Source: Candidatus Gribaldobacteria bacterium
GTDB taxonomy: Bacteria; Patescibacteriota; Minisyncoccia; Minisyncoccales; CG1-02-41-26
Reading direction: 5' to 3'
NCBI GenBank assembly: GCA_026396705.1
Contig: JAPLWE010000036.1
Location: 1-38,175 of the forward strand
Length of the DNA: 38,175 bases
A model generated the notes under the pieces. That model did no database searches, was not told the DNA's origin, and worked only from the letters and a program-made list of their open reading frames with translations. The position numbers were made by a program, and so were the translations under genes. This document shows positions 27,168 to 37,282 of this stretch, in pieces. Position 1 is the stretch's first letter. Each line of letters starts with the position of its first letter.

Positions 27168-29390
27168 CTACTTTGTCAAGGTGTTGATATCTGGACTGCT
27201 TGTCGTATCTAAAATATCTTTAAACTCCCCTGACCACTCGCTTGGATTGTGTTGCACCGCTCTTTGAGCTATCTCCTTAGCTTGTTTATTAAGGCCAAGT
27301 GTTTGCGAAAAACTCACGGCCGATTGATAATAATTAAGATAGTTTTGATTTCTATCAATAGCGCTCAAAGCCAAAGCCAAGCCGTCGCTAGCCAATTGCT
27401 TAGCTTCATCATTTTTACCGGCCCTTTGGGCTATTTGAATGGCTATTTCCCATGATTGAAACCATTGGGGCTCCAAGGTAATAGCTTTTTTAGCTAAAGC
27501 CAAGGCCTCATCTGTCTTGCCCTGATAAAGCTTGGCTTGACTTAATACCCAATAACTTTGCTGGTTATTGGGCGATAATTGTAAAAGCTTTTCACCATAT
27601 TGAACGGCCAAATCAAGCTTAGAATAATCAAACACCGTATACATATTATAGGCCTGCGCCAAACGCAAAGCCGCGCTGTAGTCTAAGGGCGATTCAGTCA
27701 CGGTTTTTTGCAATGTTTGAGTAATAAAATCCAAAAGGCGTTTAGTTGCTTGCTCGACCGAAGCCTGACCGCGAATTTTGTCATAATTATTCTGAATGTC
27801 TAGAAGAAACCGTTCGCCGAAAAAATCTCTAATTTGATACTTGCCAGCTGGGGAAGCGTCTAAAGTTTTTTGGGCCAAAGCTATACGACTATCTATATCC
27901 GAAGCCGAAATAGCTTTAAGAGTATAATAGTCAGCTTTGGCGGGCTGGACAACAAACCAAATGAAACAAACCAAAAAAGCGATAGCCATGATTAACAAAG
28001 GCCAACCCTTTTTATTATTTTCAGCCAAGGGGCCTACTATTGCCGTTTCTTTTCCCTTCAGATTGATAAAACCAGCAAACCCTAAAACGAAAACAAACAT
28101 TAACAAACTTACCGGCATATCAAAAACCGTCAAGTTTTGCATAAAATAAGCGACAATTAACGGAGTAAACACCGCAAAAATCCAAAAATCCTTTTTTCTA
28201 GCCCGAGCAAATAACCAAACAGCCATCATTAAAAGGCCAAGATAAGCCACTAAGCCCACAGCGCCATTAGCCACCAAAGTATCCAAAACAATATTATGGG
28301 TGCGGTCAAACCAAACTTCCGAGCCACATTCTGGCGTGTATAAGCAAGGGTTGAAATATTTAGGAAAAACCAAATAATAGTTTTCCCCGCCCCAACCAAA
28401 AATTGGCTTTTCTAAAAATCCTTGCCAAGCCATTTGCCAATTAACCTCTCGAGACTGGGTGGTTAGAGAAATAAACTTGTCGGAAACAGGATTATTAGGA
28501 ATGTGCAACAAAATAACAGAAGTTAAGACAGCTACTGATGAAATAATTAAAACAACCTTACCCAAAAGCCGCGCTTTTTTAGAAGAAACCTTAAAAGACA
28601 AATACAAAAGCCCAGTTAAAGCGAGGCCACCAACTGAACCTAAGGTGCCAGCCCGAGCGCCGCTTAAATAAATAGCCAATATAGCCAAAGCAATCGTTAA
28701 AATAAAAATAATTCTCTCTCGCCATTTAGTTGAAGTAAAAAATAAATAAGCCGCTAAAAAAACATTAAAAAGCAAATAGCTGCCTAAAAAAGAAGTATTG
28801 CCCAGAGTGCTACCTCCCCTCTGCGAAAAATCAAAAGCCTTTACCCCGGCTTGCTCTAAAAGCGCCATCAATGAAATAGCAACTCCAATAGCCACTGAAA
28901 AAATAAAAAATTTGCGCCAAACTTCTTTACTTTGCAAAGTAAAAATCAAAGCCCAAAAAAATCCAAAAAGATGCAGCCACATCACTAAACCAGTCATTCT
29001 TTCAAACTTTGACCAAAACGACCGCGAAGGATCCGCGCCAAAAATAGCGCTTAACGATAAAGTCAAAACAAAAAAGCCGAAAACCAATAACATTTTTTCC
29101 CAACGAGGCCGATACTTTTTATAAGAAATAGCCAAAACCAACCAAGCAAAAAAAGCTACTTGGCAACACCCCATCAAAAACAAGCCCTTGGGCCCGACAA
29201 AAGGAAAATAAAATTTGCCACTAATAATAAACGGCGTTAAAAAGGCTACCCCCACCGCCAAATAAACCAACCAAAGCCAAAGTCTTTCCCAATTGGTTTG
29301 CGATTGACCTTGTTTAATTCTTGTTTTCTGAACTGACAAAGGAACAATTCCCTCTTTAATTTGTTTTTTAACTCGCGATTTTTTTCCCAT
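27168..29390 (-). CDS. O-antigen ligase-family (Wzy_C) membrane protein with C-terminal TPRs
   Basis: Polytopic; STLGNTSFLGSYL, KPIFGWGGENY, FDRTHNIVLD motifs; TPR-like helical C-terminus. Confidence 0.85.
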   Translation of the reverse strand: MGKKSRVKKQIKEGIVPLSVQKTRIKQGQSQTNWERLWLWLVYLAVGVAFLTPFIISGKFYFPFVGPKGLFLMGCCQVAFFAWLVLAISYKKYRPRWEKMLLVFGFFVLTLSLSAIFGADPSRSFWSKFERMTGLVMWLHLFGFFWALIFTLQSKEVWRKFFIFSVAIGVAISLMALLEQAGVKAFDFSQRGGSTLGNTSFLGSYLLFNVFLAAYLFFTSTKWRERIIFILTIALAILAIYLSGARAGTLGSVGGLALTGLLYLSFKVSSKKARLLGKVVLIISSVAVLTSVILLHIPNNPVSDKFISLTTQSREVNWQMAWQGFLEKPIFGWGGENYYLVFPKYFNPCLYTPECGSEVWFDRTHNIVLDTLVANGAVGLVAYLGLLMMAVWLFARARKKDFWIFAVFTPLIVAYFMQNLTVFDMPVSLLMFVFVLGFAGFINLKGKETAIVGPLAENNKKGWPLLIMAIAFLVCFIWFVVQPAKADYYTLKAISASDIDSRIALAQKTLDASPAGKYQIRDFFGERFLLDIQNNYDKIRGQASVEQATKRLLDFITQTLQKTVTESPLDYSAALRLAQAYNMYTVFDYSKLDLAVQYGEKLLQLSPNNQQSYWVLSQAKLYQGKTDEALALAKKAITLEPQWFQSWEIAIQIAQRAGKNDEAKQLASDGLALALSAIDRNQNYLNYYQSAVSFSQTLGLNKQAKEIAQRAVQHNPSEWSGEFKDILDTTSSPDINTLTK

Positions 29391-29403
29391 AGTTTTTGCT
29401 TTT

Positions 29404-29576
29404 ATGACTTAAGGTATGTTAGTGGCTCGGAGAGTTAGTTTCAAGGAGACGCTCACTCGCTCCGGCGGCTCGTTCGCTTAGTTTTCGGCCTATTTTCCGC
29501 TAGTAAGCGGAACCAAGCAAATAGGCCTCAAAATACTCCTTGAAACTAACTTCCTCGCCTCTAACCCATAAGTCAT
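29404..29576 (-). repeat. Family-1 element, full copy E
   Basis: Matches copies C, F and G; termini ATGACTTA/TAAGTCAT. Confidence 0.95.
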
Positions 29577-29670
29577 TAATTTTATAAAAGAAATTATACA
29601 TTGATATCTTAATCTTTGGGCTAAAAAATTGCAAGATAGGGCGTTGAATGATAAAATATAAAATAAGGTT

Positions 29671-30981
29671 ATGAAGCAAAAAATACGCAAAGTTAGTTTG
29701 TTTTTGGGCGATGTTATTTTCGCTTATGTTAGCTTGCTGATTATGGTTTATTGGCGATTCTCGCCCAATTTTTCCTGGCCAATTTTTTTCCAGCATCTTT
29801 TACCATTTTCTATCTTATATTTTGTTTGGCTAACGCTTTTTTATATTTTTGGCCTCTATGATCTTGATTTAGCCAACCCCAAAAGCGCTTTTATAGCTCG
29901 ACTGGGCGCCTGCTTGGCAGTTTGCTTAGCAGTAGGGGTTTTTTTCTTTTACACTGTGCCACTTTTTGGCATCACTCCTAAAACAAATTTACTAGTTAAT
30001 ATTGTTTTGCTGGGTGTTTTAATTTTAATTTGGCGGCAAATTTTTTATTGGCTTTTTTCCGCGCTTTTTTTGAAACAAGTAGGCATCTTGGGTAAAAACC
30101 TTTGGACCGATAAATTAATTAATGAAATCAAAAACAACCCGCAATTGGGCTATCGCTTTGTTAAATTTATCAATGTATCGCAATCACTTAGCCAGCAAAT
30201 TAAAAAAGATAAAATCAACACCCTCATTATCGCCCAAAATATCAACCAGCAAAAAATTTTAGTCAAAGAGCTTTATGGCTGTTTGGACTTAAAAATAAAT
30301 TTTCTTAATTTAGCAACCGCCTACGAAATAATTTTTAATAAGATACCAGTTGATTTTATTGACCAAGAATGGTTTTTAAGTAACTTAGCTGAAGGCGAAA
30401 AAAACGCTTATGATAAAATAAAAAGATTAACCGAGCTTGTTTTGGCTATATTAATTATTTTGATCAGCTCGCCATTCTGGCTAGCAATTGCTTTATTAAT
30501 AAAAAAAGAAGATAAAGGCAAGATCTTTTACAAACAACAAAGATATGGCAAAGAAGGCAAGGTTTTTTGGCTTTACAAGTTTCGCACCATGAAACAAGAC
30601 GCTGAAAAAGATGGCCCAGCTTGGGCCGTTAAAAACGATACTCGAGCTACCAAGGTTGGCCAAATTTTACGAAAAATCCATCTAGACGAACTACCCCAAA
30701 TGCTCAATGTTTTACGAGGCGATATTTCATTGATTGGCCCCCGACCCGAGCGCCCCGAGTTTGTTAAAAAATTAGAAAAAGAAATTCCCCATTATCAATT
30801 ACGCCACATCATCAAACCGGGTTTCACGGGCTGGGCGCAAATAAAATTCAGATATGCTCGAACAACTATGGACAGCCAAGAAAAATTTCAGTATGACCTC
30901 TATTACCTAAAAAATCGCTCCTTATTATTGGACTTAGGCATATTACTTAAAACCTTACAAATTTTATTCCGTGGCGAATAG
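29671..30981 (+). CDS. Polyprenyl-phosphate glycosylphosphotransferase (WcaJ/WbaP-like sugar transferase)
   Basis: YKFRTM, LRKIHLDELPQMLNVLRGDISLIGPRPERP, KPGFTGWAQI, DLYYLKN. Confidence 0.92.
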   Translation: MKQKIRKVSLFLGDVIFAYVSLLIMVYWRFSPNFSWPIFFQHLLPFSILYFVWLTLFYIFGLYDLDLANPKSAFIARLGACLAVCLAVGVFFFYTVPLFGITPKTNLLVNIVLLGVLILIWRQIFYWLFSALFLKQVGILGKNLWTDKLINEIKNNPQLGYRFVKFINVSQSLSQQIKKDKINTLIIAQNINQQKILVKELYGCLDLKINFLNLATAYEIIFNKIPVDFIDQEWFLSNLAEGEKNAYDKIKRLTELVLAILIILISSPFWLAIALLIKKEDKGKIFYKQQRYGKEGKVFWLYKFRTMKQDAEKDGPAWAVKNDTRATKVGQILRKIHLDELPQMLNVLRGDISLIGPRPERPEFVKKLEKEIPHYQLRHIIKPGFTGWAQIKFRYARTTMDSQEKFQYDLYYLKNRSLLLDLGILLKTLQILFRGE

Positions 30982-31004
30982 CGAGATGGTTGTAAAATAA
31001 AATT

Positions 31005-32276
31005 ATGATACAAACATTCAAACAAAAAATTTACGGTTTGCTTAAAAAAACTGAAAAATATACCCAGACCGACAATATCTATTTAGCAAAAAACGGATTC
31101 TGGCTTACTTCAGCAAAACTAATTGTCGCCCTAAGCTCTTTTCTGACTGCAGTAGCTTTTGCCAACTTACTAGCCCCCGAGCTCTACGGCAATTACAAAT
31201 ATATAGTTACTTTAGTAGGTTTTTTAAGCATATTCACTCTTAAGGGTTTATGCACCGCCTTAAGCCAAGCAGTTACTAGAGGATTAGAAGGTGGCCTGCA
31301 TTCTCTTTTCAAAACTAAAATCAAATTTGCCTGCTTGCAATCGTTGGGAGTAATAATCTTAGGCATTTACTATTTCCATCAAAGCAATTATCTATTAGCT
31401 CTGCCGTTATTTTTTATTGCTTTTTTACTACCATTGCTCTCGGGGTTTGGTTTGTTCTCATTTTTTTTGTTAGGCCAAAAAAATTTTCGCTTAAACGCAA
31501 AATATCAAATTATTCAAAGTTTGGTTACGGCTGGCTCTTTAATTGCTTTTCTGCTGTTGGTCGCGCGCTTTCCACAGCGCGCTTTATTAATTATTTTTAC
31601 ATTAACAGCGCTTTACTTTTCCACCCAAACAATTTGCAATGGTATTTTTTATTATTTAACCAAAAAAAAATTAACTAACAACACGCAAGACCCCAAAACC
31701 AAAAAATACGGCTTTCACTTAACTATAGTTAATTTTTTGGAAGAAATTATTGGGTATTTGGACCAAATTCTAGTTTTTCACAGTTTGGGCGCCATTCAAT
31801 TGGCTATGTATTCGTTTGCCTTATTGCCCGTAAATAAACTAAAAGAACCTGTTCAAATGATCTCTGATTTGGCCTTACCCAAATTTAGCGTTAAGAACCC
31901 CGCAGAATTAAAAAAAGATCTTCCGCTGAAGATATCAAAACTGCTTCTTTTAATGTTGCCAATTATGGCTTTCTATTGGCTGATTGCTCCATTTGTTTTC
32001 AAGTTTTTCTTTCCTCTTTACACTGGAGCGATTTTTTATTCCCAAATTTATGTCTTTTCGCTTTTAGGGGTAGGTTATTTAATTTCTAACACTGCCCTAA
32101 CCAGCCAGATGGCCATCAAAAAAATTTACGCCGTAAAAATTTCTACCGCTGTTTTAGATATTCTTTTATTGGTAGGAGGCTTCTGGTGGTTAGGCATTTT
32201 AGGTATTATTATTGCCCGAGTAGCCTCGGAAATCATTCGCACTATTATTGGCTTGATAATAATAAAAAAGCTTTAA
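31005..32276 (+). CDS. Oligosaccharide flippase (Wzx-like)
   Basis: Polytopic; ANLLAPELYGNY and DQILVFHSLGAIQLAMYS motifs; follows the sugar transferase. Confidence 0.82.
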   Translation: MIQTFKQKIYGLLKKTEKYTQTDNIYLAKNGFWLTSAKLIVALSSFLTAVAFANLLAPELYGNYKYIVTLVGFLSIFTLKGLCTALSQAVTRGLEGGLHSLFKTKIKFACLQSLGVIILGIYYFHQSNYLLALPLFFIAFLLPLLSGFGLFSFFLLGQKNFRLNAKYQIIQSLVTAGSLIAFLLLVARFPQRALLIIFTLTALYFSTQTICNGIFYYLTKKKLTNNTQDPKTKKYGFHLTIVNFLEEIIGYLDQILVFHSLGAIQLAMYSFALLPVNKLKEPVQMISDLALPKFSVKNPAELKKDLPLKISKLLLLMLPIMAFYWLIAPFVFKFFFPLYTGAIFYSQIYVFSLLGVGYLISNTALTSQMAIKKIYAVKISTAVLDILLLVGGFWWLGILGIIIARVASEIIRTIIGLIIIKKL

Positions 32277-32283
32277 CAAGCTT

Positions 32284-32458
32284 AGGCCTTGCGCTGATGT
32301 TAGGGGCTCGGATAACTAATTTCAAAGAGACGTTCACCCGCTCCAGCGGCGGGCTCACTTAGTTTTCGGCCTATTTTCCGCCAGTAAGCGGAACCAAGCA
32401 AATAGGCCTCAAAATACTCTTTGAAATTAGTTTCCTCGCCCCTAATTACGCAAGTCAT
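32284..32458 (-). repeat. Family-1 element, full copy F (most diverged, with compensatory changes)
   Basis: AACTAATTTCAAAGAG/CTCTTTGAAATTAGTT replaces GTTAGTTTCAAGGAG/CTCCTTGAAACTAAC. Confidence 0.95.
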
Positions 32459-32462
32459 AAAA

Positions 32463-32921
32463 TTATTGAGGCGTAACAGCTGGGGTGGCTGGTTTTGGTC
32501 TTAACTGGATCGATTGGGCCGTGAGGCTGCCGTCTTGATTGGTGGCGCCGCTTATGCTGACATTTTGGCCAATTATTAGATCGTCAAGCGAACCAGCGGC
32601 AAATTTCATTACCTGGGTGGAAGTGGCGATAAAGGCTATTTTAGAGCCGCCGTCGCTCAACTTCACAGTAACACTATTGGCGTCTTTGGAAATAATCTCA
32701 CCCATTGCAAGACCACCGCCATTGCGAGTTGCTCGCTGAACCCCAGTATTAGCGCCACCAGCCATCTGCTGGAAACGAGCTTGCCTTTGCTCTGGTGTAA
32801 GATTAGCCAATCCCCCGCCAGCTGACTTGCTTTTGCCATATTGCATACCACCATAAAAAGAACCGACCCCGACCACGATAGCGACAATAATAGCTATAGC
32901 TATAATTATATTTTTTTTCAT
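32463..32921 (-). CDS. Membrane-anchored hypothetical protein with a small beta-barrel (DUF5666-like) domain
   Basis: N-terminal TM helix, [15 protein letters not shown]...GQNVSISG...LTAQSIQL. Confidence 0.75.
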   Translation of the reverse strand: MKKNIIIAIAIIVAIVVGVGSFYGGMQYGKSKSAGGGLANLTPEQRQARFQQMAGGANTGVQRATRNGGGLAMGEIISKDANSVTVKLSDGGSKIAFIATSTQVMKFAAGSLDDLIIGQNVSISGATNQDGSLTAQSIQLRPKPATPAVTPQ

Positions 32922-32971
32922 ACTATAATTTGTTTATTATCTTTACATTTAAGCAAGCCAAGGTCAGACCT

Positions 32972-34195
32972 CTACTCATATCTTAACGCTTCTATGGGGT
33001 TTAACCCAGCGGCTCGACGGGCCGGATAAAAGCCGAAAATAATGCCAATGGTGGCTGATACGCCAACTGCCAAAAAAATGGACCATGACGTAACTTCAGT
33101 CGTCATATTGCCAAAATAAGCCACGGCATAAGAAATAATCCATCCTAAAATAATTCCCACGATTCCTCCAATAAAAGTAAGCATTATTGATTCAATTAAA
33201 AATTGAATGCTAATATCTTTTTTCTTTGCGCCAATTGCTTTACGAAGACCAATTTCCCGTGTCCTTTCAGTAACAGTTGTCAGCATCATATTCATTATTC
33301 CGATGCCGCCCACAATCAATGATATGCCAGCGATGGCGGCAAGTAATATCGTAAGGGTGCTGCTTATTGAAGAAACGCTTGCCACAATGTCGGCCTGATT
33401 TATAACGCTGAAATCGGCAAGTTCGGGATTTGAAATATTGTGACGGCTTAATAACAAAGAAGTAATTTGTTCCTGTACTGTTGCCATTGATTTTTGATCA
33501 ACTACTTCCACATATATAGTAGATAGATAATCGCTGCCAGCCAAAAAGCGCTGAGCGGTAGATAATGGAATAAAAATCATATCGTCCTGATTACTCATAC
33601 CGCTTCCTCCTTTTTCTTTTGTAACGCCAATTACCTTGAAATCTACTTTATTAATCCGTATCGTTTGCCCGATAGGGTTTGAGCTTGTCCCAAATAGGTC
33701 ATCTCTAGTGGTCGGACCAAGCACCGCCACCTTGGACAAGCTTCGCACATTTTGTTCGGAAACAAACCCACCTGTTTCAATCTGGATATTCCGCACTTCT
33801 GGATAATCAGGGGTTGTTCCGAGAACAGATGTGTTAGTATTCGTTCCTTTCGCGGTAATTTGATAGCGGCCGGAAAGTTCGGGGGCAAGGGCTTTAATAA
33901 GCGTAATTTCTTTCTGAATTGCGTCAGCGTCTTCTTGCTTGAGCGTTTTAGCCGAACCCCTGCCGGCGCTTACTTGCGTTCCGACGCCACGCTGGAAACT
34001 AGGCGATATCATAAGCAAATTTGAACCGAGGGACTGGATGCTTGATTGTATAGAAGCTGTTGACCCTTGTCCGACGGAAATCATGGCGATAACTGAACCA
34101 ATACCAATCACAATACCCAAAATTGTAAGGCCGGACCGCGCTTTATTTGAAAGCAAGGCTGAAAATGTTTCTCTAAATATATCCGCTATATTCAT
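32972..34195 (-). CDS. MacB/FtsX-family ABC transporter permease
   Basis: RSGLTILGIVIGIGSVI, VGGIGIMNMMLTTVTERTREIGLRKAIGA, YPARRAAGLNPIEALRYE. Confidence 0.93.
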   Translation of the reverse strand: MNIADIFRETFSALLSNKARSGLTILGIVIGIGSVIAMISVGQGSTASIQSSIQSLGSNLLMISPSFQRGVGTQVSAGRGSAKTLKQEDADAIQKEITLIKALAPELSGRYQITAKGTNTNTSVLGTTPDYPEVRNIQIETGGFVSEQNVRSLSKVAVLGPTTRDDLFGTSSNPIGQTIRINKVDFKVIGVTKEKGGSGMSNQDDMIFIPLSTAQRFLAGSDYLSTIYVEVVDQKSMATVQEQITSLLLSRHNISNPELADFSVINQADIVASVSSISSTLTILLAAIAGISLIVGGIGIMNMMLTTVTERTREIGLRKAIGAKKKDISIQFLIESIMLTFIGGIVGIILGWIISYAVAYFGNMTTEVTSWSIFLAVGVSATIGIIFGFYPARRAAGLNPIEALRYE

Positions 34196-34905
34196 AATTG
34201 ATGATGATTAGCAATGCGAGGTTTGATGTTTTTTTCATCCTCTATAATTTCTCCATCCCGAATGTGGATAATACGATTGGCGTGCTCGGCTACATATCGT
34301 TCGTGAGTAATCAAAATAATCATTCGACCATGCTCACTGTTTAATTTTTGAAAAGTGTCCAAAACAATCTCACCGGTTTTAGTATCTAGATTGCCGGTAG
34401 GCTCGTCGGCTAAAATAATTGACGGGTCATTAACTAATGCCCGAGCAATGGCCACTCGTTGCATCTGCCCGCCCGAAAGCTGATTAGAGAGATGGTCCCA
34501 ACGATCTTCAGGAAGACCTGCGGACAATAAGGCCTCTTTGGCTTTTTCTTCCCGTTGCTCTTTTTTCATACCAGCATACATCAAAGGTAAAGCCACATTG
34601 CGCAAAACAGTCGCTCGAGGCAAAAGGTTAAACGACTGAAAAACAAAACCAATTTTATTTCTTCTAATATCCGCCAATTGATCATCCGACAATTTGGAAA
34701 TATCCTGGCCATCTAAAAGATATGTGCCGCTGGTTGGCTTGTCTAAGGCGCCCAAAATATGCATCAAAGTTGATTTGCCCGAACCCGACGGCCCCATTAT
34801 GGCCACAAATTCGCCATCATTAATAGTAAAAGTAGCCCCCTTAAGCACTGTTGTTTCGCCAGCTCCGGTTTTATAGACCTTTGTGATATTTTTACATTCA
34901 ATCAT
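34192..34905 (-). CDS. MacB/LolD-family ABC ATP-binding protein
   Basis: [36 protein letters not shown]. Confidence 0.93.
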   Translation of the reverse strand: MIECKNITKVYKTGAGETTVLKGATFTINDGEFVAIMGPSGSGKSTLMHILGALDKPTSGTYLLDGQDISKLSDDQLADIRRNKIGFVFQSFNLLPRATVLRNVALPLMYAGMKKEQREEKAKEALLSAGLPEDRWDHLSNQLSGGQMQRVAIARALVNDPSIILADEPTGNLDTKTGEIVLDTFQKLNSEHGRMIILITHERYVAEHANRIIHIRDGEIIEDEKNIKPRIANHHQL

Positions 34906-34911
34906 ATGATT

Positions 34912-36630
34912 TTAACGAGGACCGCCTCCTCCAAGACCGGGAATTCCAATCCCTCCGGTAGAACTTCTTGTTGCAGTAGTTTTAGTCTTAGCAGTCGCGG
35001 TAATTGTTTGAGTAATAACTTTATCATTCTCATTAAGTCCACTGATAATTTCCGTCATCGTGTCATTTGATAACCCCACCGTAACTGTCTGATTACGAGA
35101 AACATTATTTTCTAACACCATCACATATTGTTCGCTATTGGACTTTACGGCCGCATTAGGAGCCAATAAAACATCCGTTTTCATTTCAGTAATAATAGCC
35201 GCTGAAACGCTCATGCCTGGCTTAACCCGATCATCTTGCGTGTCAAAAACAATCTTGACGCTATAATTAACCACTCCTTGGCTAACTGTGCCCAAAGCAT
35301 CAACTTCAGCCACCTCGCCACTAATAGTTAAGCCATCTACCGCGTCAAAAGTTAAAGTAACTTTTTGCCCTGCTTTAACTTTAGCTACATCTACTTCATT
35401 AAGAGAAATTTCCGCCACTTTTTGTTTGGTAACCAAAGTAGCTAAAACCGTGCCAGACGAAACCGTATCGCCTTTTTCAATATTTACTTTAACAATAACT
35501 CCGCTGAATGGCGCCTTCACCGAACAATCCGCTAAATTTTGCTGAGCCGTAGTTAAAGCATCTTGCTTTTGTTGAATGGTTATTTCTTTCGAGCGCACTT
35601 CAAGGCTGTCTGGCCCATCTTCTATCTTAGCCAACGATAAAGTTTTTTCCTTGATGGATCGTTCATCTGAAGCAATAGCGTCAATAGAATCGTCAATAGC
35701 GCGCTGAGCTGCTAATAAAGATGAAAGATAGCCATTGACAGTGCCGGTATACGAATTTAGGGTTGTGACATGAGTAGTGGAAAGAGAGTTTGCTTTTAGA
35801 TTTCGTTCAGTGAGTTTGTCTTGATAAAACTGAATTAAATCATTGGCGCTTTTAATCATTTCAGCCATAGCTTTACTTGTTTCGTATGTTTCGTTAATTA
35901 AAACAACAATCGTGCTGGTGCTTGAAAAGCGACTAGTTGATTTGTAATCCTGAAAATTTTTATCATATTTCGCTCGAGCTGATTGATAAGCCATGTTAGC
36001 TACTTCTTTATACTGCACAATATTGCTATCATAATTGCTCGCCGAGTCGGTATAATAGGCTAAATTTGATTGGTTATCATTAAAGCTATTGCCAAAAAGA
36101 ATAGCGTTCATACCACTCATAATATTAGGCAAACTTAAAAATGCATTAGCTACAGTAGTAAACCCATCATCATAAGTCTCAATAAGGTCATTTTGAGCGG
36201 TTTTTTTGGCATCCTGCACTTGAGTCAAAGCGCTCTCGGCTTGAAGCAAGGTGAGCTCGTCAGGTGGCTCAAGCAGTTTGTCTAATTCCAGCTTAGCTGT
36301 ATCTAAGCTTGTTTGAGCGTCTCTTAGGGCTCGGCGCGCTTCTGTGGTGTCTATTTGCGCCAGCGTCGCTCCTGATCCCACTTCTTGACCAACCACAGCA
36401 TACACACCAATAATATCTCCGCTTGTTTTTGCTTTGATATCTACTTGATTAGATGAAGCAACTTGGCCAGTGCCCGAAACCGAAACAATCAAAGCACCTC
36501 TGGTAATAGGCGAAGTAATATAGCTTACGCCTGCTGAACCAGTCTTGGTAAAACGATACACAATATATCCTCCGCTTGCTAAAATAACAACCGCTATCAT
36601 CAATAAAATGATTTTTCTTTTTTTAAGCAT
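34912..36630 (-). CDS. MacA/HlyD-family membrane-fusion (periplasmic adaptor) protein with an extended coiled coil
   Basis: TM anchor, VSVSGTGQV, lipoyl halves (VKAPFSGVI), VDVAKVKAGQKV, VKPGMSVSA. Confidence 0.88.
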   Translation of the reverse strand: MLKKRKIILLMIAVVILASGGYIVYRFTKTGSAGVSYITSPITRGALIVSVSGTGQVASSNQVDIKAKTSGDIIGVYAVVGQEVGSGATLAQIDTTEARRALRDAQTSLDTAKLELDKLLEPPDELTLLQAESALTQVQDAKKTAQNDLIETYDDGFTTVANAFLSLPNIMSGMNAILFGNSFNDNQSNLAYYTDSASNYDSNIVQYKEVANMAYQSARAKYDKNFQDYKSTSRFSSTSTIVVLINETYETSKAMAEMIKSANDLIQFYQDKLTERNLKANSLSTTHVTTLNSYTGTVNGYLSSLLAAQRAIDDSIDAIASDERSIKEKTLSLAKIEDGPDSLEVRSKEITIQQKQDALTTAQQNLADCSVKAPFSGVIVKVNIEKGDTVSSGTVLATLVTKQKVAEISLNEVDVAKVKAGQKVTLTFDAVDGLTISGEVAEVDALGTVSQGVVNYSVKIVFDTQDDRVKPGMSVSAAIITEMKTDVLLAPNAAVKSNSEQYVMVLENNVSRNQTVTVGLSNDTMTEIISGLNENDKVITQTITATAKTKTTATRSSTGGIGIPGLGGGGPR

Positions 36631-36639
36631 ATATATATT

Positions 36640-36814
36640 GAGATGGTTGCAAAACTATTCCTACTGCAATTTTAGCTTTTTGGCTACGACTTCGTCGGGC
36701 TGGCGTAAAAAGATTTTCACCATAGCTGGGCTATGGCTCAAATCTTTTTTCTTGCCCTCCTTGTCTCGCTCAAAAATCTAAACTTTCGCTACGGAATAGT
36801 TTTGCAACCCTCTC
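36640..36814 (-). repeat. Family-2 long hairpin element with 17-bp perfect terminal inverted repeats (MITE-like)
   Basis: GGTTGCAAAACTATTCC (36645-36661) / GGAATAGTTTTGCAACC (36793-36809), plus nested internal stems. Confidence 0.8.
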
Positions 36815-36817
36815 TTT

Positions 36818-37282
36818 TTATTTATGACGAAGAAAAGGAGCTGGCATAACCCTAATTAGCTTAGCCTCTATTTGCCCGTTATTAGTTGGTTCGCCTATGA
36901 CCACCACCATATCATCAATTTGCAAATTATTTATTGTGATAGCCTCCTTAAGCCGATTAATAACTGTGCCATCCTTAACTAAAATAACTTTCTCAATATC
37001 TCCTTGTCCTTTAATCACCAATGTTGAGGGGGCAATTTTTATTATTTGCCCTACTGCGCCATTTGCCTCAATAAAATCTCTGTCGCCAAACCCGCCTGGA
37101 AAGCCGCCCTTTGGTCCACCAAAATTTTGATGATAATTATCACTCCAGTGGCAAGAAAAATTAGCTTTTTGAAAACCCACCATCATGCCTGCCTTAAAGA
37201 TAAACAAAAAAATAATCAATCCGCCAATCGCTAATAGAATTATTTTGAATGTTTTTGATTGAAAAAATTTGTCTATGTTCAT
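36818..37282 (-). CDS. Membrane-anchored hypothetical protein (DUF5666-like barrel)
   Basis: TM helix, then GQIIKI...DDMVVVIGEP...IEAKLIRV; same layout as 32463..32921. Confidence 0.75.
   Translation of the reverse strand: MNIDKFFQSKTFKIILLAIGGLIIFLFIFKAGMMVGFQKANFSCHWSDNYHQNFGGPKGGFPGGFGDRDFIEANGAVGQIIKIAPSTLVIKGQGDIEKVILVKDGTVINRLKEAITINNLQIDDMVVVIGEPTNNGQIEAKLIRVMPAPFLRHK

Noticed and set aside
29490-29796. ORFs 29490..29690 and 29500..29796
   Set aside because: They run through repeat copy E, the promoter region and antisense of the sugar transferase, and have no protein-like features.
2966-37234. Numerous 60-120 aa ORFs antisense to or nested in long genes
   Set aside because: They are shadow ORFs of well-supported CDSs with no independent signals.
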